Counted from the first letter of the stretch, positions 38,187 through 48,575 are shown. The stretch is DNA of 64,000 nucleotides from an uncultured Sulfolobales archaeon (GCA_938045815.1 CALIBI010000001.1:4111-68110), one strand, 5' to 3'. Notes: a model not told the origin generated them from the sequence alone. Numbers and translations are program-made.

Positions 38187-39401
38187 TTAGTTTCTCTTTA
38201 ATGTTTCGCGTGTGAATATCGTTACTAGTGCTGTGCTGGTTATCGCTATCATCAACTGAATTATTATTGAGTAGTAGGGATCCAGCAGTGTTGATATTGT
38301 TTGAATTACTGCTGTTGCGGAAAAGAGTATCATGTTGAATAAAGCTACTGAGGTCGCGGAGTATTTTGCGTCGTAGCTTTCTTTAGCCATCGGAGGAGCT
38401 ACTATATGAAGTCCTGAAGCGATGCCTAGCAAGATTAACGAAGCACATAAGACCTCTGTGCTGGTTATTCTAGTAGCGTAGAGCATTAACGCCCATGAGG
38501 CTGTAGAGATTAGTACGGCTAGGATTATTACTGGTTTCCTGCAAACCAGTATTTTATCGCTTAAGAAGCCAGCTATCGGTGACGCGAGTGTGAATGTTAG
38601 TGCGAGAACTAGTAAGTACTGACTACTTACTTCAAGACTCAACCTGAAAGGACCCGTTAATAGTTTCTGACCCCAAGCAGACTGGTAAGCTAGCGTGGCT
38701 CCGTACGTCGCTATAGACGCGGCGCTAAGCCCCCACATATGCGGGTCTCTTACTAAGTGCCTGAAATGACTAAACGTTTCTACTAGTTTACCGTCCTGCA
38801 CGCTCGTACCGGGATCTTTAGTAGTGAGGTAGAGGAGTGCAGCAACAACTAGCGTTGCAATCATCATTAATTCTAGAAGTGTTTTCAGTCCCGCAGCATT
38901 CAGCGCAAGTCTTAAAGGATAAGTAGCTATTATCGCGCTCAAGTTACCTACTAACAACGCGTACGACGTCAACCTCCCCTGCATCTCCCTACTATAGCTT
39001 AGTGAGGTTGCTCTCTGGTATGCTAGAAAAGCTGCCGCACACGAGAAACCTACAACAACTCTTCCTAAAATTAAGGATTGAGGACTCATAAAATACATCA
39101 TAGAAGTCCCAGCAAACATTGTGGTAGCGAATAGAGTTCCTATCCTCTTAATCCCGAAAGAATCTAGCAGCACCCCTACAAAGAGTTGAGCTAACGTATA
39201 AGCATAGAAGTACGCCGACGTAAGAACTGCGAGCAGTAAGTCTGGACTAATATTATTCTTAAGTGCTATCTGATCAATCTCTGACTTCATGACTCCAGTC
39301 ATAACTCTGTGAAAATACGTCATCACGTAAAAAAACAAAAGTACAACTAGTAAAAAACCTCGTGACTCAACCCCACCTAACCTAGCTCTCAATAGCTGCA
39401 C
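38187..39401 (-). CDS. MFS transporter
   Basis: About 12 TM helices; GVLLDSFGIKR and GFLSDKILVCRK motif A variants. Confidence 0.9.
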   Translation of the reverse strand: MQLLRARLGGVESRGFLLVVLLFFYVMTYFHRVMTGVMKSEIDQIALKNNISPDLLLAVLTSAYFYAYTLAQLFVGVLLDSFGIKRIGTLFATTMFAGTSMMYFMSPQSLILGRVVVGFSCAAAFLAYQRATSLSYSREMQGRLTSYALLVGNLSAIIATYPLRLALNAAGLKTLLELMMIATLVVAALLYLTTKDPGTSVQDGKLVETFSHFRHLVRDPHMWGLSAASIATYGATLAYQSAWGQKLLTGPFRLSLEVSSQYLLVLALTFTLASPIAGFLSDKILVCRKPVIILAVLISTASWALMLYATRITSTEVLCASLILLGIASGLHIVAPPMAKESYDAKYSATSVALFNMILFSATAVIQTISTLLDPYYSIIIQLMIAITSTALVTIFTRETLKRN

Positions 39402-39777
39402 ACCCGATTATCGCTCCTGAATAACCATCTTTACTCATTTAAGCTTTTTCATGAGCAAAAAACTCTTTACGAGTCTATGAGTAGTTGTAGGGTCTAGCAA
39501 CACTAGAAACTCCCTCACGTTGAGGAAGCTATGTTTGGAGGTGACTTGAGGAGTAATAACATCACCACCCAGAACAACTAAACAATCTAAAATCATTCTA
39601 ATCATCACCCCTAAACCGAGACAACCCAAAGATTAAAAACACACAGAATCGGAGAGAAGCACTTACTCTCTATAAAGTTAAGTATTCCTCCAAGATTTAA
39701 AGAAGACTTAAGCAGACTACCGGGGTGCTTGCATCATATATATAAGTCTAGATAATAATTTGGTTATTGGTGGTTAG

Positions 39778-40158
39778 GTGAGGTCCTACTGTGAGGTCTA
39801 TGTTAGGGATGTACTCCCTTCACTCAGGCTCTATTTAGCTGAGAAACTAGTACGTGATTACGGCTTAACTCAGCTAGAAGTATCACGTATGCTGGGTATT
39901 TCACAACCACTCGTTAACTACGTAGTGAATAAAAGAAGAAAACCAAAAATGCTGGAGAAGCTGGTCAGCATACCGCAACTTAAGGATATACTGGATAAGA
40001 AAGCTAGTGAACTGGCAGGACGAAAAGCTCGTTTCAGCGACTTAACATGTGATTTCTGTTTCGTCCTGAGGAGAGAAGGTCTAACGGATCAGATTATTAA
40101 GTCTCTAAACTACGAGATATGTATGTGCGCAAACGGGAAACCAGTAACTAAGCAGTAA
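39778..40158 (+). CDS. HTH transcriptional regulator (COG2522-like)
   Basis: CE...RDVLPSLR..LA..L...GLTQLEVSRMLGISQPLVNY; C-terminal C..C. Confidence 0.82.
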   Translation: MRSYCEVYVRDVLPSLRLYLAEKLVRDYGLTQLEVSRMLGISQPLVNYVVNKRRKPKMLEKLVSIPQLKDILDKKASELAGRKARFSDLTCDFCFVLRREGLTDQIIKSLNYEICMCANGKPVTKQ

Positions 40159-40224
40159 AGCTTCCTAAGCAGCTTAGCAGAAATCACAAACACATTAATT
40201 TATTGGGTCTTATGCCCTAGTTTA

Positions 40225-42501
40225 ATGGGAGATGCTGAGGTCTTGAAGATAGACGAGCTAATTACTAGGGTTCAGAATTTTGAGGTGGAATTGAGAAAAC
40301 CTTTCGTAGGTAGGGATGAGGAGTCTAGAGTAGTGGTTCTCGCCTTACTCACTGGGGAGCACGCAATCCTCATCGGGGAGCCCGGTTGTGTCACAGGAGA
40401 TACTATAGTGTCTTTTGAGGATGGGAGGCTCTCCTACATAGAAGACGTAGCTAGGGATTTACCTCCAGGAATCTACGCGACGGGACTCTCCGTCTTTCCT
40501 CCCAGCAAGGCTACTGAACTCCACGTGTATGATGTGTGGGAAACTTACGAAATCTTAACCGAGAGGGGTTTCAGGGTAAGAGGGACCGCCAACCACCCAG
40601 TAATGACTAGTCGAGGCTGGGTTGAGTTAAGGAATCTCAGGGAAGGTGATGAGGTAAGGATTGTGAGTAAGTTGCCTTCACCTTCCCATCAAGTACCTAT
40701 ACCTGGTGCGGAGCGTCTTGCCGTGAAGCATAATCATAGAGCGAGTAGGGTTCTAAACAGGAAGATCGCTGAGCTGCTGGGTATTTTCTCTACTCGCGGC
40801 TACTTCCTAGGCAGTGAATCAATAGGTTTAGAAAAAAGGAATGATGAAAAAGAACTGCTCCAGAAATTAACAGATTTGGTTGAAGAGATCTCAGGTCCTG
40901 AATCATGCTCAATTGATTCTCTAGATGGGCAGAAGATCGTGTGCGTTTCCACATACCTAACTAAGTTACTCAGGCTGCTCGTTGATTCCGCGAGTAATCG
41001 TGTACCGAGACTTGTTCTCTCATCACCTAACAGCGTGTCTGAGGCTTTCCTGAGAGGGGTTTTTGAGAGTGCTGACTTAATAGCGGATGGTAAGAGCCCT
41101 CGCATAGTCTTGAGAAGTAGGAGTAGAGTGTTTCTAGAAGGAGTTCAGATGCTGCTGTTACGTAGCGGTATCTCATCAACTATTCTCGATTATGGTGAGG
41201 GCTTAAGCACTTGCAAGTCTCACGAGCTCGTGATAGAGGGTGAGAACAACTTAAGAAAGTTCTCAGTTAAAGTAGGTTTTATGTCGGAAAGCAAGAAACG
41301 CAGGCTTGCCTCATTAATCAAGTCTACTGAGTTGAGTGGAGACTCCTCAAACAGTCTTGGTTGGGATGCTATTAAGTTAGTGAGGCGGGTTGAGGGTTGG
41401 GTAAGGGTCTACGACTTCCACGTGCCTGGAACGCACGCATTCTTTACTAACGGGTTATTATCGCATAACACAGCTAAATCAGCTCTGGTGAGGAGAGCTG
41501 CTGAACTTCTCAACGCCAAGTTCTTCAAGTACTTACTTACCAGGTATACAGAACCCTCAGAGCTTTTCGGACCCCTAGATATTAGAGCGCTTGAGGAAGG
41601 GAAATACGTTAGGTTGACTACGGGTAAGTTACCTGACGCCCAGATAGCTTTCTTAGACGAGATATTCAAGGCTAACTCAGCTATCTTGAACGCTCTCAAC
41701 ACCCTCCTCCAAGAAAGAATACTTTATGATGGGTTCACAGAACTAAGAGTTAATTTGTGGACTCTTTTTGGTGCTAGTAATGAGGTGCCTGAGGATCCTG
41801 AGATTCAATCTGTTTATGACAGGTTCCTACTAAGACATTTCGTTAGACCTGTTCAAGAAGATTTGTGGAGGAATTTATTGAGAGCTTCCTGGGAGCTAGA
41901 GAAGCAGGCTTCGTTAAGTCTTAAGAACGTGGACGGTGATAGGGTACTCAGCATAGGAGAAATCAAGAAGATTAATGAGAGACTATTTGAGGTAGACTTA
42001 AGCAGTATTGAGAGCAAGCTACTAAGACTCTTAGCAGCCCTGGAGAGTAGAGGCATTCACTTAACTGATAGACGTAAAGGTAAGTCTTTGAAGGTCGTGG
42101 CAGCGAACGCTATATTGAGTGGTAGAATGTACGCGACAGAGGAAGACCTACTCTCGATTAAGTACTTAGCTGTGAGAGACTGGGACGATATAGAGAAGGT
42201 TAACGCCGTCTTAGCGGAAGAGCTGAAGACTCCTTTCAAGTATGTGAGGGAGTTAAGCGAGATAAGAACTAACTTAAGAGAATTGTATCAGTACGTGAAG
42301 TCTTTAGAAGGTATAGAAAGTTCCTTTGTTACGGCCAAGTTCGAGAACATCGTTAGGGAACTAGAAATAACTAAAGCTAAGGTAATCAACATAGTTAGAG
42401 AATCTCAAGACTCCCAGGTCCTCAGACTGAGTGAGGAGGTGCTGCACTTAATAAATAGCATCATGGAGGTAGTCAACAAGAAGGTCGGTCGAGTTGAGTA
42501 G
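40225..42501 (+). CDS. ravA: RavA/MoxR-type AAA+ ATPase interrupted by an intein
   Basis: Spliced Walker A GEPG|TAKS, YLLTRYTEPSELFGP, FLDEIFKANSAILNALNT, ASNE, YDRFL. Confidence 0.9.
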   Translation: MGDAEVLKIDELITRVQNFEVELRKPFVGRDEESRVVVLALLTGEHAILIGEPGCVTGDTIVSFEDGRLSYIEDVARDLPPGIYATGLSVFPPSKATELHVYDVWETYEILTERGFRVRGTANHPVMTSRGWVELRNLREGDEVRIVSKLPSPSHQVPIPGAERLAVKHNHRASRVLNRKIAELLGIFSTRGYFLGSESIGLEKRNDEKELLQKLTDLVEEISGPESCSIDSLDGQKIVCVSTYLTKLLRLLVDSASNRVPRLVLSSPNSVSEAFLRGVFESADLIADGKSPRIVLRSRSRVFLEGVQMLLLRSGISSTILDYGEGLSTCKSHELVIEGENNLRKFSVKVGFMSESKKRRLASLIKSTELSGDSSNSLGWDAIKLVRRVEGWVRVYDFHVPGTHAFFTNGLLSHNTAKSALVRRAAELLNAKFFKYLLTRYTEPSELFGPLDIRALEEGKYVRLTTGKLPDAQIAFLDEIFKANSAILNALNTLLQERILYDGFTELRVNLWTLFGASNEVPEDPEIQSVYDRFLLRHFVRPVQEDLWRNLLRASWELEKQASLSLKNVDGDRVLSIGEIKKINERLFEVDLSSIESKLLRLLAALESRGIHLTDRRKGKSLKVVAANAILSGRMYATEEDLLSIKYLAVRDWDDIEKVNAVLAEELKTPFKYVRELSEIRTNLRELYQYVKSLEGIESSFVTAKFENIVRELEITKAKVINIVRESQDSQVLRLSEEVLHLINSIMEVVNKKVGRVE
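40387..41469 (+). mobile_element. Intein (361 aa) with LAGLIDADG-type endonuclease domain, inserted in Walker A
   Basis: Block A CVTGDT, block B TANHP, block F/G VYDFHVPGTHAFFTNGLLSHN followed by Thr(+1); degenerate LAGLIDADG motifs LLGIFSTRG and LRGVFESAD. Confidence 0.95.
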
Positions 42502-43762
42502 AGGTTTTCTGTTAGGGATTAATTACGAAGACCCGGTCATCCGATATAGAGGGGAGAAGATAGTTAAGCTCTCGTCTAGACTAGGTTTAAAGAAGGAATT
42601 CATTACTGCCGAGTTAGTAACAGATTTCTTCTATACTCTCTACCTTCCTCACGCCTTAATTGAGGAGCACCCTGAGGTGAATAACCTACACTACACTCTA
42701 GTTAAGGCATTGAATGAGTCTGAAGAATTACTGAAGATTAAGAAGCACACAATACTAGACTCCTTCATATCAACTCTCACAACTATCGCTATCCTCCAGT
42801 ACTTTGCGGAATTCCTTGAAGAAAAGAATGAACTCGTTAACGTGAGAGAATTAAGAGAAACGCAAAATGAGGTTCTAAGATCTGTTCTGAGAGAGTCTCT
42901 AAAGAGTGTGACACGAGAAGTTGAGACTATGAAGAAGCTTGAACGTCTCTACACGTCAGGGATTCAGCCAGGTGTTGGGAGTGAGTTTGATTTGGAGGAG
43001 GACGCTGAGAAGGTTTTGAGACTAGCTAGGATGACTGACGTTAGTATGATTCTAGAAGTTCTTTCGCTAGTACCTGATGTTGTTAGGAAGACTAGAAAGA
43101 AGTACGAGAAATTCAATAGAGGGGAGTTCAACGGCTACGACTTAGGCAGCGATCTAGAGAGGTTGGTTCCCACCCAGTTAGCATTCCCCCGTAAGTACCT
43201 CCTACTGAGTTACGTTGAATCCAAACTACTGCTTTACGACAAGAAAATTAGTAAGTCTTTAGGACCTCTCTACCTGCTTACGGATAAGTCAGGCAGTATG
43301 GAGGGTGAAAAAATAGAGTGGGCTAAAGCAACTGCTGTAGCGTTACTCATAAAGTCTAGGAGGGAAGTACGTGAGTTTTATATGAGATTTTTTGATGGCG
43401 CCCCGCACGACTTAATAAGAATTTCCAGGAAAGCAAGTTTCTCAGAATTCTTAAATCTCATCAGGAATTTAGCTAGAGTCAAGAGTGGTGGCGGGACAGA
43501 CATAACTAAAGCCATAACAACCGCTTGCGACGACATAATTGGTAGTGGCTTAGTTAAGAGAGACTCCGACATAGTAGTTATAACGGATGGTGAAGACACT
43601 CTCTCCGTAACTACCTTGAAAAGAAAACTAAAACAAGCTAACGCAAGACTATTCTCCGTCATGATACAGGGGGACAACAAGGACCTAAAGATGTTGAGTG
43701 AGAAATACCTGACAGTGAGTACGTTAGATAAAAACACCATACTAAGGATTGTTGAAAGCTAA
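42494..43762 (+). CDS. viaA: ViaA-like VWA domain protein
   Basis: DLERLVP, MIDAS DKSGS...GGGTDI...ITDGED; overlaps the ravA 3' end. Confidence 0.88.
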   Translation: MSRGFLLGINYEDPVIRYRGEKIVKLSSRLGLKKEFITAELVTDFFYTLYLPHALIEEHPEVNNLHYTLVKALNESEELLKIKKHTILDSFISTLTTIAILQYFAEFLEEKNELVNVRELRETQNEVLRSVLRESLKSVTREVETMKKLERLYTSGIQPGVGSEFDLEEDAEKVLRLARMTDVSMILEVLSLVPDVVRKTRKKYEKFNRGEFNGYDLGSDLERLVPTQLAFPRKYLLLSYVESKLLLYDKKISKSLGPLYLLTDKSGSMEGEKIEWAKATAVALLIKSRREVREFYMRFFDGAPHDLIRISRKASFSEFLNLIRNLARVKSGGGTDITKAITTACDDIIGSGLVKRDSDIVVITDGEDTLSVTTLKRKLKQANARLFSVMIQGDNKDLKMLSEKYLTVSTLDKNTILRIVES

Positions 43763-43797
43763 GCATGAGCAGCCCTATTGGTGGGGCAACACTGTTT

Positions 43798-44610
43798 TTA
43801 AGGTGATTTTCCCGGGGGCAGGACGTAGAATCTTATTTTCCCGTCTAGGTAATCCCTAATAATTAGCTTCGCTGATTCAGTAATTACGGGCTCTTTATCG
43901 CTCTTGTATACCCACCCTCTCCTGATGGCTAGCTCCCGCAATATGGTGTCTGAATCAATGCTATCAATCCCGTAAGCTTCTTTAAATGCTTTAGGGTTGT
44001 GTGTCGTTATTTTCTTTATTAGCATCATAGCAGTAGCAACAGGATTTCTTATAACGTCTATTGGGTTCATCCTTATAATTACTTCTGCTTCATCCCCCTC
44101 CGCAGGTATTATGCCGGGAGTATCAAGTAAGTAAATCCCTCCACCCACATTGAATAGCTGAGCTTTCTTCGTGTAACCAGGTGTTCCTGGGTAGGGAGAT
44201 GTTCTAGTTGCGTGTCTGCCTGCCCAAGTATTAATGAGTGTTGACTTACCTACCTTAGGTACGCCGAAAACCCCAACTATTAACGGTTTCTTATCACTAA
44301 GTTTCCTGATAATCTTTCTTAGTTTAAGCGTACCTAACCTCTTCTGTGCTGAGATAGGTACTGCTTTCATACCCTCAAACTCTTCAAAGTACTTAACCCA
44401 AGCACGCACTACATCGCGTGGTACGAGATCAGATTTATTCAGTATCAAGACGTACTTAGTTCCTAACTCATTACAAAGCTTCTCAAATCTCTTGCTCCTA
44501 GTAGTTATGGGGTCCCTAACATCAACTACTTCTAGAGCAACATCAACAGTTTCTAAGAGCTCCTTAACGAGTCTCCAGTTAGCTAGTAACATCTTGTTAA
44601 GCCTTACCAA
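43798..44610 (-). CDS. Circularly permuted YlqF/RbgA-family GTPase
   Basis: G4 NKSD, then G5 ISA, G1 GVPKVGKST, G3 DTPG. Confidence 0.92.
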   Translation of the reverse strand: MVRLNKMLLANWRLVKELLETVDVALEVVDVRDPITTRSKRFEKLCNELGTKYVLILNKSDLVPRDVVRAWVKYFEEFEGMKAVPISAQKRLGTLKLRKIIRKLSDKKPLIVGVFGVPKVGKSTLINTWAGRHATRTSPYPGTPGYTKKAQLFNVGGGIYLLDTPGIIPAEGDEAEVIIRMNPIDVIRNPVATAMMLIKKITTHNPKAFKEAYGIDSIDSDTILRELAIRRGWVYKSDKEPVITESAKLIIRDYLDGKIRFYVLPPGKSP

Positions 44611-44654
44611 AAATAGTAAGCAAGAATAATAATAAAGCTAAAAGCTTAGTCTCA

Positions 44655-45224
44655 CTAAAAACCAATATACTTATCTCGAGCGACTCCGCATACCGGGCAT
44701 CTTTCAGGTGCTTCAGGACCTACATGCGTGTGCCCGCATACCGGGCATATCCATACTTTACCTTCTAGAGGCATATCCTCTCCTTTATCTACGTACTCCT
44801 TAGCCTTCCTGTATAACTCAGCATGTATTTTCTCAGCTTCTAGCGCCCAATTAAAGGTTCTCTTAGTTGACTCATCCTTGTGGAACTCCGCGATCGCTAC
44901 ATACGTGGGGTACATTTCTTTTACCTCGAACTCTTCACCCCTTATTGCTAGAGCGAGATTCTGTGATGTGTTACCAAGTCCTATTGGTGCACCACCACAA
45001 GCTTTCTGATCAGACATTACGGAAGACATCCTCATTAAGTGATTACGAGCATGCACTTGCTCAGCGAACGCTATAGCTCTAAATAACCTAGCTACGTTCT
45101 TAAATCCTTCCCTCTCAGCTACCTCCTCGAAAGCTCTGTATCTTGATTGAGCCATAGATTCTCCAGCATACGCTGATAGCAAGGCTTCCTTAACTAGAGG
45201 ACGTAATTCAATCACTAAATTCAC
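44655..45224 (-). CDS. rbr: Rubrerythrin
   Basis: GESMAQSRY, EQVHA, EEFE...Y, EKIHA diiron ligands; C-terminal CPVCG..CPVCG. Confidence 0.95.
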   Translation of the reverse strand: MNLVIELRPLVKEALLSAYAGESMAQSRYRAFEEVAEREGFKNVARLFRAIAFAEQVHARNHLMRMSSVMSDQKACGGAPIGLGNTSQNLALAIRGEEFEVKEMYPTYVAIAEFHKDESTKRTFNWALEAEKIHAELYRKAKEYVDKGEDMPLEGKVWICPVCGHTHVGPEAPERCPVCGVARDKYIGF

Positions 45225-45279
45225 CTCGTTATTAAGTATTAATCGGACCTTTTAAATTTTTCTTTCAATTTTTAACATA

Positions 45280-46287
45280 TCATTTTAGCCTCTCTCTCGG
45301 CATGCTTAGCATAGTAAGCGATGTGTTTTGCTTTATGAACTCTTTATACTTACGTATGTGCTTAGTTTCTCTGGGATCTAAACCACGTTTCATAGCTAAT
45401 ACTACTGAAGCAATACCTACTACTTGAGACCATTTTATTAATTCATGCACGTAGGAATTACTTAATTCGTAAGTAATTACTTCTAGTCCAGCACCCAACA
45501 AAGTTTCTCTCAGGAATTCCAAGATAACATCATTCTCATCTCTAAAAATAACTATACTGAAGGGCCCGAACCACGCTTCCCAACCAACTATGTCGTTGTG
45601 GAATCCCTCAGGATATATCTCAACCTTAGCAGGTATTTTAGTGTTTTCATTAAACTCATCCTTAGCTCTGAGAGCTAGGGGGTAGTACCTAGTTGAACTC
45701 ACGAATACAGGTATCTTGCCCAGCAATCTCTCAGATAATTCGTATCCTAATTTTAGCGTGTCTTCACGCTTAAGAAACTCTGCTAGTTGCTTCCCCCGCG
45801 GCACACCTAAATCTATCCCGAAACTCTTAAGTATTTTAAGAGTTGCTAGCAGGAGTGCCGGGAATGAGGATCTTGGTGTTCTGCCAGGAGGAATCGTAAC
45901 GTAAGGGAGTTTCCTCTCCTCAGCGAGTCTAATCATCTCACCACCTGAAGCTACTACAGCTACTTGAGACCCTCTTCGAATGACTTCATTAAGGCAAATG
46001 AGAGTCTCGGCAGTATTACCTGAGTAGCTCACAGCTATTGCTAACCAACCCCTACCAACCCACCTCGGAACATGAAAGTCCTTAACTAGCGTTACAGGTA
46101 CTTCGAGAATCTCTGAAGAGAGTGAGTATATCACGTCCCCAACTATTCCTGAACCACCCATCCCTACTATCAGGAGTCCTTCAATACCTTCTTTTAGGGA
46201 CGCAGTATTAACAGGCTCCACTAAATCAATCTCCTCGATTAGTTGGGTCCAGTCAAGATATTCCTTCAGGAACTGATTAGGCTCCAT
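45280..46287 (-). CDS. Bifunctional phosphoglucose/phosphomannose isomerase (start placed at the ATG after SD GGGGGTGA)
   Basis: GMGGSG, SYSGNTAET, PRSS, NENTK, PEGFHNDI. Confidence 0.92.
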   Translation of the reverse strand: MEPNQFLKEYLDWTQLIEEIDLVEPVNTASLKEGIEGLLIVGMGGSGIVGDVIYSLSSEILEVPVTLVKDFHVPRWVGRGWLAIAVSYSGNTAETLICLNEVIRRGSQVAVVASGGEMIRLAEERKLPYVTIPPGRTPRSSFPALLLATLKILKSFGIDLGVPRGKQLAEFLKREDTLKLGYELSERLLGKIPVFVSSTRYYPLALRAKDEFNENTKIPAKVEIYPEGFHNDIVGWEAWFGPFSIVIFRDENDVILEFLRETLLGAGLEVITYELSNSYVHELIKWSQVVGIASVVLAMKRGLDPRETKHIRKYKEFIKQNTSLTMLSMPRERLK

Positions 46288-46381
46288 AAGGACGCTCACC
46301 CCCTTAAATCTCTGAGTAATGAAAGAACCTAACACTTTAAAAACATTTCTTGGTCTTAAGACATTCGTTGGTGAAGTATAC

Positions 46382-47047
46382 TTGGGCTCGAACTTTAAGG
46401 AGTTTGAGAAGTCGTGGAAGGGGAAGGAGAAGAGTGTGGGTGATCATCTTAAGGAGCTGTTCGTTAAGGAGAAACCACTGAGATACAGGCTTGCTATGGC
46501 TCAGTACAAGCTAAATTCTATGACTAGGAGGCTTGAGGTTTATCTAGATAGACTTAAGGCTAGGGACAAGGAACTCTTCGAGAAAGTTGTTGATGCTCTA
46601 ATATCTAAGGACCAGACTAGAGCAGTAATGTATGCTAATGAGGTTGCTGAGTTAAGGAAAGTCGCTAAGAGTCTCTTCCTAGTTCAGGTAGCTCTGGAGC
46701 AGATAGGCTTAAGAATTGAGTCGATAAGAGAGATTGGTGAAGTAGCTGCTTATCTAGGCCCGGTAGTAGGAGTAGTTAAGGACGTGAGAGAAGCGATAAA
46801 GAACACACTACCTGAGATAGGTATAGAGCTAGGCGAAATACAAGACATACTACAGGAGACCGTTATGGAGGCTGGCGAGATGATAGGTGTTGGTGGCGTG
46901 AGCATGTACGCAACACCTGACGCGAGGAAGATACTTGAGGAAGCTAAGGTAGTCGCGGAACAAAGAATGAAGGAAACCTTCCCAGCACTTCCCTCAATAC
47001 CTACCGCCATATCAGAACAAGCAAAAAGCACTACAGAATCTGGTTAA
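46382..47047 (+). CDS. cdvB: ESCRT-III / CdvB paralog (CdvB1/B2-type, no C-terminal wH domain)
   Basis: RDKELFEKVV.A....D..RA.MYANEVAELRK Snf7 core; Pro-rich tail FPALPSIP; TTG start after GGTGA. Confidence 0.85.
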   Translation: MGSNFKEFEKSWKGKEKSVGDHLKELFVKEKPLRYRLAMAQYKLNSMTRRLEVYLDRLKARDKELFEKVVDALISKDQTRAVMYANEVAELRKVAKSLFLVQVALEQIGLRIESIREIGEVAAYLGPVVGVVKDVREAIKNTLPEIGIELGEIQDILQETVMEAGEMIGVGGVSMYATPDARKILEEAKVVAEQRMKETFPALPSIPTAISEQAKSTTESG

Positions 47048-47171
47048 GCTTTCGATACCATACGCAACATAAAGATTTTCTTCATCAAAAATACTAACTC
47101 ATCAAAGCCTTAAATCAGACAGTTCTTTTATGAAGTCATGTTCTTCTTAATTAGTTAAGAGCTGTGCTTAA

Positions 47172-47852
47172 TTAATCAGCAAATAATTTGCCATTAACTA
47201 TCTTTAAGACTCTATCTACTGGGTATTTAGCGATATCTGAGTCATTCGTAGCTATGAGGACAGACCTCCCGCACTCCTTAAGCTCCTTAAGAATCCTTAT
47301 CACCTCGTCCTTATTTTCGGGTGTTAGGTACGCGGTCGGCTCATCTAAGAGTAGTATCTCAGGCTCATACACTAGGATTGAAGCTAGAGCTACCTTGACT
47401 TTCTCCCCACCACTCAATCTGTAGGGTAACTTACTTAGTAAGTGTTCTATACCTAGTCTACGAGCAATTTCAGTAACACGCGCTCTCACTACCTCCTCAC
47501 TAATCTTGAGCTGCCTTAACGCGAAAGCTACCTCGTCGTATACCGTAGCATTAAAGAACTGATCTTCCGGGTCTTGAAAACTTACTCCTATCTTCCTCCT
47601 AGCTAAAGGTAGTTGCTCGTATATTGACTTACCTTCTAATAAGACCTCCCCGCTTTCAGGTCTTAAGAGTCCGGCAGCCACCAAGATTAGGGTTGTCTTG
47701 CCTGAGCCGTTAGGACCCTTAACTACTGTGAGTTCTGACTCACCTAGGTCTAGTTCCACACCTCTTAAGACGTAGTCTTCTTCTCTAGAATACCTAAACC
47801 ACACGTTCCTTAGTTGTAGCTTAGTTACCAAAGTACCCCACCCGCTAAACAT
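47172..47852 (-). CDS. cbiO: ECF transporter ATPase (CbiO/NikO)
   Basis: GPNGSGKTT, FQDPEDQFF, LSGGEK, LLDEPT. Confidence 0.9.
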   Translation of the reverse strand: MFSGWGTLVTKLQLRNVWFRYSREEDYVLRGVELDLGESELTVVKGPNGSGKTTLILVAAGLLRPESGEVLLEGKSIYEQLPLARRKIGVSFQDPEDQFFNATVYDEVAFALRQLKISEEVVRARVTEIARRLGIEHLLSKLPYRLSGGEKVKVALASILVYEPEILLLDEPTAYLTPENKDEVIRILKELKECGRSVLIATNDSDIAKYPVDRVLKIVNGKLFAD

Positions 47853-48571
47853 ATCAAGAACTCGATGAACGCTACTAGAGAAACTAGTATATCAAGTTTT
47901 GACAGCTTAAAAGACTTACGGAAAATTAGGTTCTCGGAAGCTTCACCGAACATCCTAGCCTCCACAGCTAGGAAAGCTCTCTTACTCTTCTCACTACTCC
48001 TAATTATAAGATCTCCTATCACGGTAGCGTAAGTTGGTAAGCTTCTCAAGCCTGCATTCCTAATTAGTCTTGCTTCCCTACCTAAGAGTATTTTTGATGT
48101 ATCGCGGAGTAAAACCGAAATTATCTTAACGTGTATCATTAAGAGTAGTGCGGCGTCAGGTAATCTAGACTTCCTCATAAACTCACTTAGTTTTTCCCAG
48201 CCTAAGACTGTCGTCGCAGCTAGTAAGAAGCTTGTCGTGCTGACAGCTCTAAGCACGTAGAATAAGTAGAGGCTTACGGAACCCTCAGTTAGGAAAGGTG
48301 TTAAAGCTATTAAAGAAAACAGAAACACATAAAGAAGAGCTGAGGAAAGTTTTCTCAGGTAGTTTCTTTTGTTGCGTACAGCCAGTATAGCAACTGAAGC
48401 AACTAGCGTGAGAACCACTACGTGAAGACTCGTTGTAAAAGAAGTCAAGACTATGATAGTGAATGACATAACCACAAAAATAAGAGAGACTTCTCCCTGA
48501 CTCCGTAGATCTATCACTTCAAGAGTCTGAGAAGCAGTGTCAAGAAACTTCCTAACTACTGCTGAGCTCAA
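47825..48571 (-). CDS. cbiQ: ECF transporter T component (CbiQ/NikQ)
   Basis: Hydrophobic; GREAR and AVEARMF Ala-Arg-type motifs. Confidence 0.85.
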   Translation of the reverse strand: MSSAVVRKFLDTASQTLEVIDLRSQGEVSLIFVVMSFTIIVLTSFTTSLHVVVLTLVASVAILAVRNKRNYLRKLSSALLYVFLFSLIALTPFLTEGSVSLYLFYVLRAVSTTSFLLAATTVLGWEKLSEFMRKSRLPDAALLLMIHVKIISVLLRDTSKILLGREARLIRNAGLRSLPTYATVIGDLIIRSSEKSKRAFLAVEARMFGEASENLIFRKSFKLSKLDILVSLVAFIEFLICLAGGVLW

Positions 48572-48575
48572 TTCT

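Noticed and set aside
39435-39629. Short ORF upstream of the MFS gene resembling an amidohydrolase N-terminus (LVVLGGDVITP)
   Set aside because: Similarity limited to a few residues, no metal-binding motif; possible remnant but unsupported.
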